Positions 29,322 to 39,827 of a stretch of 64,000 nucleotides of DNA are shown piece by piece (the stretch's first letter is position 1; each line of letters starts with the position of its first letter). The stretch is taken from NCBI GenBank assembly GCA_965116205.1, contig OZ220493.1, forward strand, positions 38,276 through 102,275. The letters are read 5' to 3'. The position numbers were made by a program, and so were the translations under genes. A model generated the notes under the pieces. It ran no database searches. It saw only the letters and a program-made list of their open reading frames with translations, and was not told the origin of the DNA. Origin of the DNA: Arenicellales bacterium. GTDB taxonomy: Bacteria > Pseudomonadota > Gammaproteobacteria > Arenicellales > JAJDZL01.

Positions 29322-30712
29322 GGCACTGCTTCCTCAATGTTTTTGTCGACTTGGCAGATTGAATCGGCCAGCTCATTCATGCGCATCCCACGTGAGCCTT
29401 TGATGAGCAGAGTGGTGGTAGCGTCCAATTGCTCATCAAGATCGCGTAGCAACAACCGACGGTCCGTATAATGCACCGCACCTCGCCCAAATTCCTCGAC
29501 CGCCGTCGCACTCAACTGCCCCAGCGCATACAGTCGACCAATGCCACAGGCACGCGCCAACCGACCAACTTCGCGGTGAAATCGTTCCCCATCAAGACCC
29601 AACTCAAACATGTCACCCAAAACTAGCCGTCGATCACCGGTGAGCTGGGCCATGAACTTCAGTGCCGCGCGCATTGAATTCGGATTGGCGTTGTAAGTGT
29701 CATCAATCAGTGTCCCGCCCTTGCAATGCTGCCGCAGTTGCAACCGGCCAGCCACGGCGCGCATGGTTTCCAACCCCGATTTGATGGTGGCCGATGGAAT
29801 GTCCAAAGCCACGGCGGCTGCCGCGGCGGCAAGTGCATTGACGACGTTGTGCTCCCCGCCTAGATGAAGAGTCACGTCAAAAGTATCTGTCGGTACGCGC
29901 AGTCTAATTTGTGCGCCGAAATTCATCGGTGTGTAATCCGCCGATACGTCCGCCGGCGCATGCAGCCCAAAAGTCACCTGGCGACGCGACCCGGCGAGCC
30001 GCTGCCAAAGTGGGAAGTACGGCGAATCAACATTCAAAACTGGAATACCACTGGTGTCCAGTGCCGCGACGAGCTGGCCTTTCTCGTCAGCTACCTGGTC
30101 GACGCTCGACAGCTGTTCGAGATGTGCCGCGCCGGCGTTGGTAATCACCGAAACAGTGGGATGAACGAGGTTGGCAAGGTGCGCAATTTCACCACGCTGA
30201 TTCATGCCAATTTCAACTACGGCAAACCGGTGAGTGCAGCGAAGTTTCAGTAAAGTCAGTGGCACCCCGATAAAATTGTTGAAACTGCCGTATGAAATCA
30301 AGGTCGACGCACGCACATTGAGTATTCGGCCAATCATCTCCTTGACCGTGGTCTTGCCGTTGGAACCGGTTACCGCAACCATCGGAATGTCAAATCGACG
30401 GCGCCAGTCAGCCGCTAACTGACCGAGGGCACGCTGGGTGTTACGGACAGTAATCTGTGGAATAGGTAACGTCGATTGTGATTCCACCATGACACCGGCT
30501 GCACTAGCATGCATGGCTTCTTCGAGGTAGTTGTGACCATCGAATCGATCGCCACGCAGAGCAACGAAAAGTGCACCGTTGGTGAGCGTCCGGGAATCAG
30601 TGCTCACCTCTTGATACACTTGATTGTCTCCCATCAGCTGACCTTGGACCACAGTTGCGGTTTCCTGCATAGTCAGCATCGCCGGCCTCGTAGACATTCT
30701 TGTGCTACGCAT
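29315..30712 (-). CDS. murF: UDP-MurNAc-tripeptide:D-Ala-D-Ala ligase (start approximate)
   Basis: TGSNGKTTVK, DDTYNANP, LGDMFELG, KGSRG. Confidence 0.96.
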   Translation of the reverse strand: MRSTRMSTRPAMLTMQETATVVQGQLMGDNQVYQEVSTDSRTLTNGALFVALRGDRFDGHNYLEEAMHASAAGVMVESQSTLPIPQITVRNTQRALGQLAADWRRRFDIPMVAVTGSNGKTTVKEMIGRILNVRASTLISYGSFNNFIGVPLTLLKLRCTHRFAVVEIGMNQRGEIAHLANLVHPTVSVITNAGAAHLEQLSSVDQVADEKGQLVAALDTSGIPVLNVDSPYFPLWQRLAGSRRQVTFGLHAPADVSADYTPMNFGAQIRLRVPTDTFDVTLHLGGEHNVVNALAAAAAAVALDIPSATIKSGLETMRAVAGRLQLRQHCKGGTLIDDTYNANPNSMRAALKFMAQLTGDRRLVLGDMFELGLDGERFHREVGRLARACGIGRLYALGQLSATAVEEFGRGAVHYTDRRLLLRDLDEQLDATTTLLIKGSRGMRMNELADSICQVDKNIEEAVPC

Positions 30713-32160
30713 CGGTCACTGAATGAGTCAGCCCTTGTCGCATAAATCTGTTCAGTTTCATGGCCTTTCCCGGCGATCAATATGGCATCGTCGACTTGTG
30801 CTTCAGATATCGCCCAATGAATCGCCTGCCGACGGTTGTGTTCAATCGCCGGTTGGCATTGCATGTTTTGTGTGATCTCATCGACAATCTGTGCTGGCGC
30901 TTCGCTACGGGGATTGTCATCGGTGATGATGATGTGGTCGGCCAACTGTTCAGCGATAGCTCCCATCAACGGACGTTTGTACCGATCTCGGTCACCGCCA
31001 CAACCAAATACACACCATAGTTTGCCCGGGGTAATTTCACGCACGCTGGTCAGTGCCTGCGCGAGACTGTCCGGAGTGTGGGCATAGTCGATATAGACCG
31101 CCGGCTGGTGGCAGTCATCGTTGATCTTTTGCAATCGTCCAGGAATCGTGCTCACCGAGTGCAGAGCCGTTTCAATCTGCGACGTGGGGATGTTCAGAGC
31201 ATGCAGAATGGCGGCGACCGTGGTCAGGTTGATACCGTTGATTCGGCCGATCATTGCGCTGCGCACATTCAGTTGCTCACCGACAATGCGGATGGCAACC
31301 GTCAACCCCCGATCATCAACCTGACAGTCGATTAACTGCACATCAGCCGCTTCACGGCCATACGTTACTTCACTATCTGCGCGCGTTTTGCCAAGCAGTG
31401 CACGTCCCCATTCATCATCAATGTTGAGTACGGCGTGTGATGCATTAGTCTGTGTGAACAGTTTTGACTTCGCGCGCCGATAGGACGCCATATCACCATG
31501 GTAATCCAAGTGATCCTGACTCAGATTGGTCAACACAACAGTGCCAAATTGCACCCCATCGACCCGTGACTGGTCCAGCGAGTGGGATGACACTTCCAGA
31601 CACAGATATTGGGCACTCGAGACAACCATCTGTGCGAGTTCGCGCTGTAGGGAAATGGCATCCGGCGTCGTCAATGGCCGCGGTGTCAGTTGATCGGTGA
31701 AACCACTGCCAATTGTACCAATCACACCACAGCGATAGCCGAGCGCATCCAGCGCCTGTGCGGTCATCAACGCACAACTGGACTTTCCATTGGTGCCGGT
31801 GATTCCCACAACGCGCAACTTTTGTGACGGATGCTGAAAATAGACATCCGCAATACCACTGACTTTTCGTCCGAGATGAGCAACCCCGATCTGCGGAATA
31901 GCTTCCCGGCGGGGCATCCGCCAGTTTTGTGAGTCGAATACAATCGCGTTGGCCCCGGCTGTGACCGCACGGTGGATGTATGCACGACCATCATGCACCC
32001 GACCCGGGACGGCGAAAAACAGACTGCCGGGACGCACCTGACGGCTGTCTAGGCATAAGTCATCAACCCAGGTGTCCTCGCGGCTTTCAACTGTGGCAAT
32101 CCCGTCAAGCAGAACGCTCAGATACTCGCGGCGCCGAGCTTGTGATAATCCAGCAATCAT
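30673..32160 (-). CDS. murE: UDP-MurNAc-dipeptide:meso-DAP ligase
   Basis: TGTNGKS, EVSSH, DHLDYH, DYAHTPD, meso-DAP motif DNPR, AGKGHE. Confidence 0.96.
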   Translation of the reverse strand: MIAGLSQARRREYLSVLLDGIATVESREDTWVDDLCLDSRQVRPGSLFFAVPGRVHDGRAYIHRAVTAGANAIVFDSQNWRMPRREAIPQIGVAHLGRKVSGIADVYFQHPSQKLRVVGITGTNGKSSCALMTAQALDALGYRCGVIGTIGSGFTDQLTPRPLTTPDAISLQRELAQMVVSSAQYLCLEVSSHSLDQSRVDGVQFGTVVLTNLSQDHLDYHGDMASYRRAKSKLFTQTNASHAVLNIDDEWGRALLGKTRADSEVTYGREAADVQLIDCQVDDRGLTVAIRIVGEQLNVRSAMIGRINGINLTTVAAILHALNIPTSQIETALHSVSTIPGRLQKINDDCHQPAVYIDYAHTPDSLAQALTSVREITPGKLWCVFGCGGDRDRYKRPLMGAIAEQLADHIIITDDNPRSEAPAQIVDEITQNMQCQPAIEHNRRQAIHWAISEAQVDDAILIAGKGHETEQIYATRADSFSDRCVAQECLRGRRC

Positions 32161-33869
32161 GCATCGCCCTCCCGAGTCGAAGAAGGCACTGCTTTTTGGG
32201 CCAGATTATTGAGATCATCAGGTGGCACTTTGAGAATGCGCAGTGTTTTCGACATCAGTTCACGAAACGCGGGGGCTGCCACCTGTCCGCCAAAGTACTG
32301 TCCGGCTGACGGCTCGTCAACCGTAACTACCGCGGCGAGACGCGGGTTCGACACGGGTACGAACCCGACGAACATGGAACGATGCCGATCTTCACGGTAT
32401 TTGCCGTCAATTAGTTTCTGCGTTGTCGACGTCTTGCCGGCGACACGATAAGAAGGAATTTTTGCGCGACTGGCGGTGCCTTTCAGTGACACGACGGATT
32501 CGAGCATCTGTGTGATCTCCGACGCCACCGACTTGGGCATGACGAACGACGCCTGGTCCGATCGATCGCCGGCTAAAATGGTCAGCGGCATCGTGCGACC
32601 ACCATTAGCAAGCATCGCATAGGCGCGTAAAATCTGCAGCATGGATACCGAGAATCCGTAACCATAACTTAATGAAGCATGTTCACTTTCCCGCCACTGG
32701 GAACGCCTCGGCAGTGAACCGGGTGTCTCCCCCACAATCCCGCTACCGGTGTAGTCACTGAAACCAAGCACACGATAAAAATCGAGCAGAGCTTCCGGTG
32801 CGATGCGTCGACCAATATGAATCGCCCCGACGTTGCTTGATTTCTGAATGACTTCAGCAATTGATAATGCGCCATAATTCCGATAGTCTCGCACTTGGAA
32901 TCCATCTACTCGAATGACCCCGGGTGACGTATCAATCACCACATCTGGTACCACCGTACCATCCAATAGTGCTTTGGCGACCACGAAGGGTTTGATCACG
33001 GACCCGGGTTCGAATTCATGTCGCGCCGCATAATTGTGGGTGGTGTAGCGACTGTCGCGGTCGTTGGGATTGAAGCTGGGCACCGTGTCGATGGCGAGTA
33101 TTTCACCGGTGTGAACGTCGATCACAACGGCACTGACAGAGGTTGCACGATGTTCGGTCGCGGTATTGCGGATCACCTGGTGAACGATCTGCTGCACTCT
33201 GGAATCAATGCTCAGCGTAATGTCGTCACCATCCGTAACGCGCGCGACATCGCCGACAATTTCGACTACCCGACCCATTCGATCCATGATGACCTGCCGA
33301 ACGCCATGCTGACCGGTGAGCCGGTCATTGTGTGCGAACTCGACACCCTCCAAACCCTGATCATCAATATCAGTGTAACCCAGTAGGTTCGCAATGGCCG
33401 GGCCGAAGGGATAGTAACGACGATACTCGCGGAGCAAGGCTACGCCCGGCACCTGCAAATCCATTACCCGGGTGGCGTGGTCCGCGAAGAGCGCACGCTT
33501 GAGATACATGAACTGACGATTGGGTTCGAGCTCATTTAAACGCGCGTCGATGCTCTCCGGCGGCAGTCCGATCGTGCTTTCGAGCTGGGGCCAGCGATCC
33601 GGATGCTGTCGCAGTTGATTGGGTTCGGCCCACACACTGTCGACCGGAGTACTCACCGCCAGCACGATGCCATTGCGGTCGCGGATGATGCCGCGATTGG
33701 CTGTAACCTGCTGGTGGCGCAAAAACCGCGCATCTCCTTCGCGCTGTAGCAACTCGGTGTCTGAAATTTGTAACTGTAACGCGCGTGCCGCCATCAACAC
33801 GAAAACGACTGCAATGGCACTCAGAACGAAAATGTCACGACTTGGGGCATAATACGGTCCGGTACTCAT
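32157..33869 (-). CDS. ftsI: Penicillin-binding protein 3
   Basis: RGIIRDRNG, RRYYP, SxxK (GSVIKP), SxN (SSN); third motif reads KTS. Confidence 0.95.
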   Translation of the reverse strand: MSTGPYYAPSRDIFVLSAIAVVFVLMAARALQLQISDTELLQREGDARFLRHQQVTANRGIIRDRNGIVLAVSTPVDSVWAEPNQLRQHPDRWPQLESTIGLPPESIDARLNELEPNRQFMYLKRALFADHATRVMDLQVPGVALLREYRRYYPFGPAIANLLGYTDIDDQGLEGVEFAHNDRLTGQHGVRQVIMDRMGRVVEIVGDVARVTDGDDITLSIDSRVQQIVHQVIRNTATEHRATSVSAVVIDVHTGEILAIDTVPSFNPNDRDSRYTTHNYAARHEFEPGSVIKPFVVAKALLDGTVVPDVVIDTSPGVIRVDGFQVRDYRNYGALSIAEVIQKSSNVGAIHIGRRIAPEALLDFYRVLGFSDYTGSGIVGETPGSLPRRSQWRESEHASLSYGYGFSVSMLQILRAYAMLANGGRTMPLTILAGDRSDQASFVMPKSVASEITQMLESVVSLKGTASRAKIPSYRVAGKTSTTQKLIDGKYREDRHRSMFVGFVPVSNPRLAAVVTVDEPSAGQYFGGQVAAPAFRELMSKTLRILKVPPDDLNNLAQKAVPSSTREGDA

Positions 33870-34165
33870 GGATATCCCTCCAACAACTGCCAGTCCGTGG
33901 TGCGCTTTTTGATCACCAGCACCACTTCTTCCTGCGGTACCTGCATGTTACCAACCTGCTCCGACCAGCGTTTGAGATTCTCCCGCCGCGACAACACCGA
34001 GCGTTGCGCCAGCAGTTCACGCCACTCAATGTTGAGGTCATCGCGCATCGCGTAGCGAGCATGCAACTGAGGGGTGATCACCCGATTTTCCTGTCTCACC
34101 CAGATGAGTCCTAAAGTGGAAGTCAGCAGCACACCGAGCAGGCAAAAGGTCAGCAAATTTCGCAT
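33866..34165 (-). CDS. ftsL: Cell division protein FtsL
   Basis: Short TM plus coiled coil (LNIEWRELLAQ); lies between rsmH and ftsI. Confidence 0.82.
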   Translation of the reverse strand: MRNLLTFCLLGVLLTSTLGLIWVRQENRVITPQLHARYAMRDDLNIEWRELLAQRSVLSRRENLKRWSEQVGNMQVPQEEVVLVIKKRTTDWQLLEGYP

Positions 34166-34166
34166 T

Positions 34167-35117
34167 TCATTCTCCGATCCGTTCCGCTACACGCATGAGC
34201 GCACTGCGGGCGCGACGGTTGCGACTCACTTCACGTGCATCGGGGCGCCTAGGCCGCCCGATGAGCTTCAGAGTCGGGCGAAACTCGGTAGTGCGAAATG
34301 GAATTTGCTGCGGTCCCGGCGCCCCGACCGCGGCATTGCGGAAGAAGGACTTAACTAAGCGATCTTCTGCGGAATGAAAGGAGATGACGACCAGTCGGCC
34401 ACCCTGCTTGAGTAGGGTAACACTCTGATTCAACAAAGCCATCAGTTCGTCTAACTCACGATTGATCACCATACGAATAGCGAGAAAAGTACGAGTTGCC
34501 GGATGTTTATCACGTTCGCGCGTCGGTACGCAGTCGGCGACCAGTTGCGCCAGTTGTCGAGTTGAACCGATAGGTTCGACTGCGCGGTGTTCAACAATAC
34601 GGCGCGCGATGCGTCCAGCAAAACGCTCACCCCCTAACTTTCGAAGCGCGTCACGCAGCTCGCGTTCGCTGACGGTCTGTAACCAATCGGCAGCAGCCAT
34701 TGGTTCGGCAACATTCATGCGCATATCAAGCGGGCCATCGTTGGTAAAACTAAATCCGCGCTCGCCCTGATCCAGCTGTGGAGAGGATACCCCTAAATCG
34801 GCGAGTATCCCGGCCACGCGGAAGTGAACCTGGCGGGCCTGCAGCTCACGGTCGAGTCGTGAGAAACGCGCATAAACGGCCTCAAATCTGGCATCATCGA
34901 CGTGCCGCTGGTTGGCCACGGCGATGGCCGCCGGATCGCAGTCAAAGGCAAAGAGTCGACCGGATGGCCCCAGTTGCTCCAGGATTCTACTCGCATGTCC
35001 GCCCCGCCCATAAGTGCTGTCAACATAAGTTTCAGCCGGATCGATGGCTAACGCGTGCATCGCCGGTTCACACATCACCGTATCGTGAACATCGTGGTTG
35101 ATCAATGACTGGTTCAA
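34167..35117 (-). CDS. rsmH: 16S rRNA m4C1402 methyltransferase
   Basis: DSTYGRGGH, DLGVSSPQLD, PLDMRM, ISFHSAEDR. Confidence 0.97.
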   Translation of the reverse strand: MNQSLINHDVHDTVMCEPAMHALAIDPAETYVDSTYGRGGHASRILEQLGPSGRLFAFDCDPAAIAVANQRHVDDARFEAVYARFSRLDRELQARQVHFRVAGILADLGVSSPQLDQGERGFSFTNDGPLDMRMNVAEPMAAADWLQTVSERELRDALRKLGGERFAGRIARRIVEHRAVEPIGSTRQLAQLVADCVPTRERDKHPATRTFLAIRMVINRELDELMALLNQSVTLLKQGGRLVVISFHSAEDRLVKSFFRNAAVGAPGPQQIPFRTTEFRPTLKLIGRPRRPDAREVSRNRRARSALMRVAERIGE

Positions 35118-35142
35118 ACCATCACTCCGGTCCGGTCATCGG

Positions 35143-35595
35143 CTAGATGGGGAGTTTTTCAAGAATAGACTGGTAATCCTCATCATTTTGACTTTGCATA
35201 TCTTCACAATGTTGGTACCACGTATCCTGATTCCAGAGTTCAAAGCGCGACCCCACACCAATCAAAGTAGCTTCCCGTTCGATGGCATAAAACTGCCGCA
35301 ACTGTTTCGGCATCAGTACGCGACCGGTCGCCAGCATGTCACATTCCTGTGCCGTACCAATAATGATGCGAACTAGATTTCTGAATTGCCGGGTTGCATT
35401 CTGCTGACGAAACAAACGATCTCGAACTCGGTCAAATTCCGGGGCCGGGTAGAGCGAGAGGCAAGGCGTACCGAAAGTCTGTCCGATCACCAGTTTGCCG
35501 GCGCACTGCTCTTGGAGTTTCTCACGGAAACTAACCGGAATAACGATCCGATTCTTGTCATCTACCGTCAAGTTGTGAGAGCCATAATATTCCAT
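35143..35595 (-). CDS. mraZ: Transcriptional regulator MraZ
   Basis: VDDKNRIVIP...FR, GRVLMP..LR, FELW; first gene of the dcw cluster. Confidence 0.93.
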   Translation of the reverse strand: MEYYGSHNLTVDDKNRIVIPVSFREKLQEQCAGKLVIGQTFGTPCLSLYPAPEFDRVRDRLFRQQNATRQFRNLVRIIIGTAQECDMLATGRVLMPKQLRQFYAIEREATLIGVGSRFELWNQDTWYQHCEDMQSQNDEDYQSILEKLPI

Positions 35596-35600
35596 TTAAT

Positions 35601-35644
35601 ACACCAAATTACACTTCATGACACACAATGTCACAAATTACCAC
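35601..35644 (-). promoter_or_regulatory. Putative MraZ operator: five GTGN boxes at exact 10-bp spacing
   Basis: Minus strand GTGG-taattt-GTGA-cattgt-GTGT-catgaa-GTGT-aatttg-GTGT-attaa-ATG; MraZ proteins are known to bind 10-bp-phased GTG/TGG boxes upstream of mraZ. Confidence 0.75.
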
Positions 35645-36012
35645 GTTATTGTTTACTAAATTGAAATAAAAGTCAACGTCAAATTTGTCAATAAAATTAA
35701 AAAAACGACTAATTTCAGGCTTTTTTTCCAAAATTAACGAAGATTTTGCTCACCGCCGTTGTACATGAAGGGAATTTCGCCGGCTAGTACAAGAGTTTTT
35801 TGAAGATATGAAGTCGGTTGATTCCACTCCTGATCATTGTCTATTGAGCTGCTCTGCACTCGCCTCAAAGTCAGCAACTTGATCTTGATACGAACAGCTA
35901 CTACGACAGTCGTTGACCGAGTTCACGTCATATTAAAGTTGCGGCGGATTGACGATACACTTAAAATAATAGTAGGCATCTACTTGGTCAACGAGACAGG
36001 AAAAATACCAAA

Positions 36013-36885
36013 ATGAAAATATGCCGATTTAATGAAAATCGTTTAGGCGTCGTTGAAGGACGAAATGTACAGGATGTAACGGAAGCGATGCTCAGTGTGC
36101 CCACGCCGCCGTGGCCACAGCCGCCGGGTGACCTGATGATTGGCAATCTGGAAACTCTGTTACCGATCATGCATCGATTGCGAAGGACTTCAGCAACTTA
36201 CTCGCTCAGAGATTTGCACCTGAACAGCCCTATTGCACGACCTTCTAAAATCATCGGTGCATCAATCAATTACCCCACTCACCAAGATGAAACCAATCAC
36301 GCCGCCGACCGGAGTACGGATGATCATTTGACTAGCGTTGAAACCCACGGCCTGTTTCTCAAGGCGCCGATACCCGTTGGTCCCGATGATGGGGTTCGAT
36401 TAAGTTTCCAGAATCGGCGTACCGATCATGAAGTTGAACTGGCCATCGTCATTGGCAAGAACTGCCGCAATATTACTGAAGAAGAGGCCATGAAATATGT
36501 CGCCGGTTATACCATTGGACTTGACATGACCATTCAAGGAAATGAAGACCGCAGTCTCAGAAAGGCACTTGATAGTCACTCCGTTTTAGGACCCTGGCTG
36601 GTCACCAAAAATGAAATCGAAAACCCGGACCATCTAGATATCTCATTAGCACTCAATGGCAATACCCGGCAAAGCTCGAACACCAGCAACATGATTTATT
36701 CCACGAGCAAACTGATCAGTTATGCGGCGTCATATTACACGCTTTATCCTGGTGACGTCATTATGTGTGGTACGCCAGCCGGGGTGGGTGCCGTTACGGT
36801 GGGTGACGTTCTTGAATGTAACATTGAGAAGATTGGCAGCATGCAAGTGCCTATCATTGCTGCCGGCATCAAGACGCCGCGGTAG
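36013..36885 (+). CDS. Fumarylacetoacetate hydrolase family protein
   Basis: DHEVELAIVIG, GYTIGLD, LGPW, LYPGDVIMCGTP. Confidence 0.92.
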   Translation: MKICRFNENRLGVVEGRNVQDVTEAMLSVPTPPWPQPPGDLMIGNLETLLPIMHRLRRTSATYSLRDLHLNSPIARPSKIIGASINYPTHQDETNHAADRSTDDHLTSVETHGLFLKAPIPVGPDDGVRLSFQNRRTDHEVELAIVIGKNCRNITEEEAMKYVAGYTIGLDMTIQGNEDRSLRKALDSHSVLGPWLVTKNEIENPDHLDISLALNGNTRQSSNTSNMIYSTSKLISYAASYYTLYPGDVIMCGTPAGVGAVTVGDVLECNIEKIGSMQVPIIAAGIKTPR

Positions 36886-36947
36886 CGCGGCGCGATGCAA
36901 TTTTGGTTTCATCAAATGGCGGCGTAGTCCGACTCCAGAACCATGAG

Positions 36948-37724
36948 TTATCGGTGTTGCCAGTGCGCGGGGCGTTTTTCCAAGAAAGCGGCCATACCTT
37001 CTTTCTGATCGTGCGTCGCAAACAACGCGTGAAATGCATGCCTTTCGAATCGAACACCTTCTGCCAAACTTGATTCGTAGGCGCGATCAATTACTTCGGT
37101 AACCATGGACGCGGCGACCTGTGATTTGCCGGCGATCTCCTGTGCAATGGCCAATGTATTTTCGAGTAGTTCCGAAACTGGAAATACTCGTGCGACTAAT
37201 CCTGAGCGTTCCGCTTCTTCGGCATCCATCATACGTCCGGTCAGGCACATATCCATGGCTTTCGACTTGCCAACGGCTCGAGTCAGTCGCTGTGAACCAC
37301 CAGCCCCAGGAATGATGCCAAGGTTAATTTCCGGCTGACCAAATTTCGCATTGTCACCGGCGACGATCAGGTCACACATCAACGCCAATTCACAACCACC
37401 ACCTAGTGCGAACCCCGCTACTGCGGCGATCACCGGTTTGCGGCACGTCGTTACCCTTTCCCAATTTCTACTGATAAAATTGCCCATGAATGCATCGGCA
37501 AAACTGTTGTCTTTCATCTCGCTGATGTCGGCACCGGCGGCAAAAGCTTTCTCACTGCCGGTGATGACGATTACACCAATGGTACTGTCGTTCTCATACC
37601 CGTCTATAGCCTCGCCCAATTCGTCCATCACGGCGGAAGACAGGGCATTGAGCACCTGAGGGCGGTTCAACGTGATAAGTCCAACTTTGTCTTTCGTTTC
37701 TGTGATAATGTGTTGGTAAGACAT
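36948..37724 (-). CDS. Enoyl-CoA hydratase (crotonase family)
   Basis: AFAAGADI, GGGCELA, FGQPEI (both catalytic Glu present). Confidence 0.95.
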   Translation of the reverse strand: MSYQHIITETKDKVGLITLNRPQVLNALSSAVMDELGEAIDGYENDSTIGVIVITGSEKAFAAGADISEMKDNSFADAFMGNFISRNWERVTTCRKPVIAAVAGFALGGGCELALMCDLIVAGDNAKFGQPEINLGIIPGAGGSQRLTRAVGKSKAMDMCLTGRMMDAEEAERSGLVARVFPVSELLENTLAIAQEIAGKSQVAASMVTEVIDRAYESSLAEGVRFERHAFHALFATHDQKEGMAAFLEKRPAHWQHR

Positions 37725-37895
37725 ACAACAATACTCCTGTCGTCAATGAGATTTGTAAAATGAGTCGAATGCAGTCCGCGATTAGACCATCAGTCTTTCG
37801 CGCAGCTTTTTAACGGATCATGAATCGACCGCCATGCATCGGCAATCGACATCATTAGAGAAGTTACATATTACAACACAAATTCAGACTGAACA

Positions 37896-39800
37896 ATGAA
37901 CAACTATCAAACTGAGTTCGCGCGATCCATTCAGCAACGCGAAGCCTTCTGGGCGGAAGCGGCTGAGTCGGTGCACTGGGAGCGCCGCTGGAACAAAATT
38001 TTGGATGACGCGAACAAACCTTACTATCGTTGGTTTGCGGGAGCTGAGGTAAACACCTGTTACAACGCGCTGGACCTGCATGTGGCGGAAGGGCGCGGTG
38101 AGCAACTGGCGCTCATTTACGATTCTGCCATGACCGGTGAAATAAGACACTACACCTATCGTCAACTGACCAATGAGACTGCCCGCTTGGCTGGTGCACT
38201 GTCCAGCATCGGCGTTGAACAGGGCACACGGGTAATCATTTATATGCCCATGATTCCAGAAGCCGTCATCGCCATGTTGGCCTGCGCCCGATTGGGCGCC
38301 GTGCACTCAGTCGTATTCGGTGGATTTGCTGCCAATGAACTGGCAGTACGTATCGACGATGCCCGACCGGTCACGGTTATCAGTGCCTCCTGCGGGCTGG
38401 AACCCGGGCGTACGATCGCGTACAAACCGCTACTGGACGATGCTATCGAACTCGCGCAACACAAACCGCGCGCCTGTCTGATCTATCAGCGCGAACAGCT
38501 GACTGCTGAACTGCAGTCCGACCGCGACTACAGTTGGCAGGAATTGATGCAAAGTGCATCACCGGCACCCTGCGTGACAGTCAAAGCGACGGATCCACTC
38601 TACATTCTTTATACCTCGGGCACCACCGGTCAGCCGAAAGGCGTCGTGCGCGACAATGGCGGCCACATCGTGGCGCTGAAATGGAGCATGAAAAACATCT
38701 ATGACGTAGCACCCGGTGAAGTTTTCTGGGCCGCATCCGATGTTGGCTGGGTGGTCGGACACTCCTACATCGTTTATGCACCACTGTTTGCCGGCAATAC
38801 TACAGTTCTGTTCGAAGGCAAACCCGTAGGCACTCCTGATCCGGGGGCTTTCTGGCGTGTATTGGCGCAACACAAAGTTGCCGCTCTATTTACGGCGCCG
38901 ACCGCATTTCGCGCCATTAAAAAGGAAGACCCTGATGGTGAACACCTGCAACAGTACGATCTTGCCAACTTTCGCACCCTGTTCCTGGCCGGCGAGCGAA
39001 CCGACCCGGATACACTGCATTGGGCACAGGATAAACTTCAGGTGCCGGTAATTGATCACTGGTGGCAAACCGAAACCGGTTGGGCCATCTGTGCCAATCT
39101 GATGGGCATTGAACCATTACCGGTCAAAGCAGGCTCTCCTTCAAAGCCCGTGCCCGGCTGGAATCTTCAGGTGCTGAACGAAGCAAAGCAACCGGCGGCC
39201 CCTGGTCAAATCGGTTCACTGGTTGTTGAACTTCCTCTGCCACCCGGCAGTTTTCCAACGCTGTGGAATGCCCAGCAACGTTTTTTCGATGCTTATCTGA
39301 AAGAATTTCCAGGCTATTACAAGACAGCAGATGCCGGCTTCGTCGACGAAGATGGTTACGTGTATGTGATGTCCAGAACCGACGATATCATCAACGTCGC
39401 TGGACACCGTCTGTCAACCGGCGCCATGGAAGAAGTACTGGCCGCCCATCCTGATGTGGCCGAATGTGCAGTCACCGGAGTGAAGGATTCGTTAAAGGGG
39501 CAGTTGCCCTTGGGATTAATCGTATTGAATTCAGGCTGTCAGACATCTGCCGAGCAGGTAATTCAAGAGTGTGTCGGTCTGGTACGCGAGAAAATCGGCC
39601 CAGTGGCGGCGTTCAAACAAGCTGCAGTCGTCGATCGACTACCGAAAACCCGTTCCGGTAAAATCCTACGCGGGACGGTTAGCAAAATCGCTGATGGTGA
39701 ACCTTGGTCAATGCCCGCGACCATTGATGACCCACAAATTCTCATTGAAATCACCACGGCGCTCCAGACCATCGGTTATCCGCCGAAACAACATCATTAA
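37896..39800 (+). CDS. prpE: Propionyl-CoA synthetase
   Basis: YTSGTTGQPKG, SDVGWVVGHSY, DHWWQTETG, LPKTRSGK; heads the pcc/mutase operon. Confidence 0.88.
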   Translation: MNNYQTEFARSIQQREAFWAEAAESVHWERRWNKILDDANKPYYRWFAGAEVNTCYNALDLHVAEGRGEQLALIYDSAMTGEIRHYTYRQLTNETARLAGALSSIGVEQGTRVIIYMPMIPEAVIAMLACARLGAVHSVVFGGFAANELAVRIDDARPVTVISASCGLEPGRTIAYKPLLDDAIELAQHKPRACLIYQREQLTAELQSDRDYSWQELMQSASPAPCVTVKATDPLYILYTSGTTGQPKGVVRDNGGHIVALKWSMKNIYDVAPGEVFWAASDVGWVVGHSYIVYAPLFAGNTTVLFEGKPVGTPDPGAFWRVLAQHKVAALFTAPTAFRAIKKEDPDGEHLQQYDLANFRTLFLAGERTDPDTLHWAQDKLQVPVIDHWWQTETGWAICANLMGIEPLPVKAGSPSKPVPGWNLQVLNEAKQPAAPGQIGSLVVELPLPPGSFPTLWNAQQRFFDAYLKEFPGYYKTADAGFVDEDGYVYVMSRTDDIINVAGHRLSTGAMEEVLAAHPDVAECAVTGVKDSLKGQLPLGLIVLNSGCQTSAEQVIQECVGLVREKIGPVAAFKQAAVVDRLPKTRSGKILRGTVSKIADGEPWSMPATIDDPQILIEITTALQTIGYPPKQHH

Positions 39801-39827
39801 CGTCATCTGTATTCCTAAGTTCAGCGC

